Shown here piece after piece: positions 59,505 through 64,000 of a stretch of DNA of 64,000 bases. The stretch is taken from assembly GCA_907165135.1 (NCBI GenBank), contig OU015568.1:7502001-7566000 (forward strand), read 5' to 3'. Position numbers and translations under genes: made by a program. The notes under the pieces are model-generated. The model worked only from the letters and a program-made list of their open reading frames with translations. It did not search any database and was not told the DNA's origin. How positions within the stretch are numbered: position 1 is the stretch's first letter; each line of letters starts with the position of its first letter. The stretch is from Oikopleura dioica. Lineage: Eukaryota; Animalia; Chordata.

Positions 59505-61619
59505 TCAAGGGTTCAGGACTTTCAGGACATCATTACTTTTTTGTTTATCAATTTGTGATAATGTGTATTCGAATATTCTTGAACGGAACAGTAAAGAAGG
59601 ATAACAGAATAAATTATAATTGTAATTGAAATTGTAACAGCGGGAGAATAAGGATTTTATCTGTGATTTTTTTTCTGAACGGATGTTTTTTGCAACTAGT
59701 TTGGCTTGGAGAAGTAGAATTGTTTGACAAGCTGAATCTTGCGGATCCATTGCGCGGCGCCTGCGTCGGGCACGTCAGAATTTGAATTGTTGTCTGTTAG
59801 GTCGTAAATCCTGAAATTTGTTGATAATGTTTCGCTAGAGGAAGGAGAAGAGTACCTTCCGTCCCGACCCTTGCAAGGGTCGACGACGTAAAAGCGGGAA
59901 AAGGATTTCTGGTGAACTCTGATTTTTGCGTGTAGATTTATTTCGCCTTTCTTTTCCCATGAATTTGCATCCACGTAAATCATCCTCGGTTGTTTTTCTC
60001 GTTTTCCTCCTAAAATGCCATAAATATCAAATTAGAACAAAACTCAATTTATGAGTGTACTCTCAAAATACACTGATTCTAATAAGTTGGACAATCTCTT
60101 TTTAGAATTTCGAAAATTACCTGTCAGAAGAAACATTCTTTTTCTCGAGAAAAGCCCTCGTTTTTTGTGCATGTAACCAAGCTTGATAATAAGTTCATCA
60201 TCGTCGACAAATGTTGCCCATCTGTTCGATTTGTTGCTTCGGTCGATTCTCTGCGAGACAAGTCGTTTTTCGAATTCTTGTTTGGATAAAATTGTTGGAA
60301 TTCCCAGCCCGGCAGGGTCATCTACTTCGGACATTGGTTCTCCTTTAATTAAGTTCATGGTAGGAAAGTGGAAGATCCTCTACCTGAATCACCGTTTTCT
60401 GAAGTTTGATTAGTTTTTACGGTGAATTCCTCGAACGCCGCAGTCATCGGATCTTCGTGAAATATCTCTTCGATCGAGTCAGAGTACTGGCGAATCGTTG
60501 GAGGCTCCTGCTTGTGGAGATCCACCCAATTTGTTTCTTTGAAGAAAATATGATTTTTGATAGCATCATGATTGCGTCCAGCTCCAAGTCGCGCTTTTGG
60601 ATTCAACTGCAGCAGCTCTTTTACGAGGGCTTTTCCGTCCTCGTGAAAACCCTCGGGAAACGTGTAGTCGTTGGTTTCAATTTTTCTGTACATTAAATAC
60701 TCGCTAAAGATTTTCAATTGATCATCAAGCAGGGTTTACTTTTTCTTACCTTTCAGCGCGAAACGGTGGCAAACCAGCGAGCATAAAATAAACCACACTA
60801 GCTGCTGCCCACAAATCGGACTCATAGACCGCATATTTTCCGATTTTCTCGTCGTAGCCCAGCAATTCAGGGGACACGTATTCCGCTGAGCCGACGAATG
60901 TACTCGCATGCTCGCCATCTTTGAGTTGGGAGACATCTTTCGCAGTGGCAAAGTCGCAGATTTTTAAGTGAACTCCGTACTCGTTTTTCCCGAGTAGAAT
61001 ATTTTCAGGTTTGATGTCTCTGAATTTTCTTATAAAAAGACGTCCAAAGATAATAGCTCCTTGGCAGGAGTCCTTGCCTGTGAATCACCAAATTATCATG
61101 AATGTAAAAGAGGGCAGAGAAAATTTCGGCCAGGTAGAATCGAGCAGCATTTACTTCTAGTGCACCTTTTTCGTTTAGCAGCTCACGTAAATCACCTTGG
61201 TCTTGATAGCTGAAATCAGAATTCTTGAGATCAAGGAAGAGAGTCTGGCTTACCTAATCGCGTAAAACAGTTCTTCTGTGGTAGTGAATGTAGTAAAAAG
61301 GCGAACGACAAAAGGAGAGTTGAGTTTTGATAAAAGATTTTTCTCAGTAAAACATTGCTTTTGTACATCTCTTCCAGTGCGACTGAAAATATCAGTTACA
61401 ACTCGCAGGTAAAAGTCGCTCTTACTGCATTATTGCTTGCTCTTTCAGAATAAAGCGCTTTGACAGACGCTTGACGGCGAGCTCAGCAGGCCATTCTGGA
61501 AAGGGAGAGGGATCCTTGAGCCTGGCAAGGACCACTTCCCCGTAGCTCCCTTCCCCTAAAACCCGACCCCATTCGAAGTCCCCGGCGGTTAACCTGGTCA
61601 TTGATCTGCACGGGGACAC
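59505..61619 (-). CDS. PDPK1: 3-phosphoinositide-dependent protein kinase 1
   Basis: DFEWGRVLGEGSYGEVVLA, DIKPENILL, DFATAK, ASTFVGSAEYVSPELL, SEYLMYRKI; C-terminal PH domain KLGYMHKKRGLFSRKRMFLLT; both ends uncertain. Confidence 0.9.
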
Positions 61620-62563
61620 ATCTGAAGTGAAACATTCATTGCTGGTCTCAATTTTTATTCATTTCATTCAAGCTAAGAGGCAGACACAGTAAATTACAGT
61701 GACTTCTATCAGGAATAAATAATCAAGCACAATTTACATTGGGAGTGGCATGAGCATTTTCACAACGGCGGCTGAAGTACTCTCTGGTGGGAAGGGTCCG
61801 CCTGGAGTCGCCTTTGTGCGGGTCTGAAAAAGATTGTATCTAGTCACATGCTTAGATGGAAATAACTACCATTACGTAGATGATTGCACCGACATAGAGG
61901 ACATAAGATGTCTTGTAGGTGTAGTCTTTTGTCTTCTCCCAAAGCTCGGACATTCTATTTGCTTTTCGATAAATTGAGATGGCTATTTTGAGAACTTTTT
62001 ATATGAATTTGAAAGCAGTCAAGACTCTGTCAAGATAATCTCGAAAATAATTCTTCGAAAATCAGTATTAGCTTGTTAAATTTAATGATGAAGATCATCA
62101 ATAAAAATGATATGAATTATATGCACGAAATTGCTGATAAACGCATCTGTAATGATCAGTTTTATTTTGAGCAAGAATCGGTCAGATGATGACTTCCAAT
62201 ACAATAATAGGAACCATGAGAAAAGTTAGAAAGGAACAGTATTTTTGGAGACAGGGCGATTATGACGGCTAATAATCTTTTAGCGCGGTAAGTGCAGATA
62301 AAAGAAATAAAAGGAAAAAAGTGAGATTGAAGATTATGTGCAACTTCTCAGTTTTTTTTTGACATGAAGAAATTAGGAGATCAGTAGGAACTAGGATGCA
62401 CGGGTCGAGCAACTCGCAAACTGTGTTAAACTTGCTCAACGGATGAGGACGGCAAGGACTGGACATAGATAACTTTGTTTTCGTTTTTGAATCGGCGTAT
62501 TAGATCCACGTAAACACGACACTAGAAGGTCTCATATTTTGAGTCACCAGGAGTTGTACTTAC

Positions 62564-63226
62564 TTGTACATACATAAAGACAAGACCACCAGTAAATCCT
62601 ACGCCAACAACAATCAGTTTTGCCCAAAAAGCCCATTTCATATCACCCTCTTGCAGCTCCTGCTGTGTTTTTTCTGTAAAGATGTTAATCAAGGACGAAA
62701 ATCAAGGAAAAGAACGCCTACCGATGAGTACATACAGGCTCCAGACAACTGTGCCCAGAGCAATTATGTGAAACGTGATAGACATAATAAGCTTTTTGCG
62801 CTCGTTCGCAGACATTGTCAGGCTTTTCCAATTGCGAAAAGGAGGGAAGGAAGACTTCATGTCAAATCGATAGTGGCAGAGCTAGAGAAAATGCTTTACT
62901 ATCAAGTAAAAGCAGGTTTATACCTCGCAGGACTTGGTATCAGCAGTGCGAACCCAACGCTCAAGACAATTCCTGTGCACCATTTTCAGTGTTCCACTGC
63001 ATTTGCACGGCGTTATCAGATCACGAGAGCCAGAAGCTGGGAAAAAGCATGTTATGCGATAGTTGATAAATGGGCGGACGTACTTTTATTTATCCCTGAA
63101 TTAGAGTGGCAAATACGGCACATTGGCTTCCCGTCTTTTAGAGATCCAGAAGAAGATCCGGAGCAGGCTGAGCTAACATTGGGGTTCACAGAGAACTTTC
63201 ATTTAGGAGAATTTTTATATCGATGA
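62564..63226 (+). CDS. Hypothetical protein
   Basis: 220-codon open frame; no family recognised; true start unclear. Confidence 0.4.
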   Translation: MYIHKDKTTSKSYANNNQFCPKSPFHITLLQLLLCFFCKDVNQGRKSRKRTPTDEYIQAPDNCAQSNYVKRDRHNKLFALVRRHCQAFPIAKRREGRLHVKSIVAELEKMLYYQVKAGLYLAGLGISSANPTLKTIPVHHFQCSTAFARRYQITRARSWEKACYAIVDKWADVLLFIPELEWQIRHIGFPSFRDPEEDPEQAELTLGFTENFHLGEFLYR

Positions 63227-63491
63227 TTTAGAACCCTTAGCATTCGTCAGAACTATCCGCGATCTTGTCGTCATGATTGCTCGAAATAGAAGACCGAAGA
63301 GGAACTTCTTCCGCATCAGCACCCTCCCCCTTTATGTCTGTCTCGATCACGATCGCCATCTTACAGCATGCTTAAAAGTTGGTGTAACAGATTGGTGCTG
63401 GAGTATTTTTTTTGAAGAATAGATGGAACTATATTTGAATTGAACTTTGAAAAGCGCTTCGAATTTGAGGGTTTGTTGAAATAAATCAGAA

Positions 63492-64000
63492 TTAGAGAAT
63501 AAAACAAATCAGGGGCTTGTTTAGAATGGCAAGTTTAGGGGTTAGTAAGACACTTTTAGCTGAACTCATCGGGCTGGACCAGGACAAACTCGTTATCGCT
63601 TCCTTCTGTGCTTGAGCCATCTGAAAAGTATTTATTGTTGGCAGAACTTTGTTCGATTGAACCTTTTTTCGAACGTTTAAGAGGACCAATCGCATCAGCT
63701 ATCTGTTGCTTGAGAAGAGAGTAGTTATCTTTCAAGCTAAAATTATGATAGACCTCTGCGAAAATATCAAACAAAAACCTTTCTTTAGCCTCTTCAGCTT
63801 TGGCCGAAACGTTGTGGCCGAAATCTTCAAGCCAAGTTGGCTCCGCGGTCGGGTCGAAGTCACTTTTCCGTCTTTTATCCGCGGCCGTTTCTTCTTCTTC
63901 GTCAGATGAGCTCTCCGAGTCTGAAGGAGTCGGCGGTTCTTCCGTTATTGTAACCTTTGGAGGCGGAGTCGTTGCTTTTTTGAGCAGCGCGGCTTTTTCT
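63492..64000 (-). CDS. Internal or 3' part of a low-complexity hypothetical gene entering from the right edge
   Basis: K/P/E-rich minus-strand frames. Confidence 0.3.

Noticed and set aside
1-64000. tRNA, rRNA, CRISPR array, autonomous transposase or retroelement
   Set aside because: None recognised by eye; a tRNAscan/Rfam/RepeatMasker run would be needed to exclude small RNAs.

Overview
Very compact, gene-dense animal genomic DNA with many introns of about 30-60 bp, several GA/GG/GC-AG introns and tightly packed co-directional genes. This is best explained by a larvacean tunicate such as Oikopleura (inference from gene architecture, not a database hit). Recognisable genes: an insect-type aaNAT-like GNAT, PAH, EFCAB3-like, a secreted glutaredoxin-like gene, CFAP92-like, a degenerate PLA2-like gene, UPB1 (two nested antisense genes in one intron), a Ly6/uPAR-like secreted protein, POT1-like, CDC23, SGPP, a probable operon NELFCD-TIPIN-BBS4-LCMT2-penta-EF-hand, PLAC8/cornifelin-like, SLC43, SARNP and PDPK1. 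The main unexplained structure is a set of at least seven unrelated non-autonomous terminal-inverted-repeat elements, most with intact target-site duplications (8 bp, TA or TTAA). Two hAT-like elements sit inside coding exons of conserved genes (CDC23 at 32698-33530, UPB1 at 21431-21937). The CDC23 element carries its own in-frame GT-AG pair and looks like an intron being born. No transposase, tRNA, rRNA or CRISPR array was recognised.
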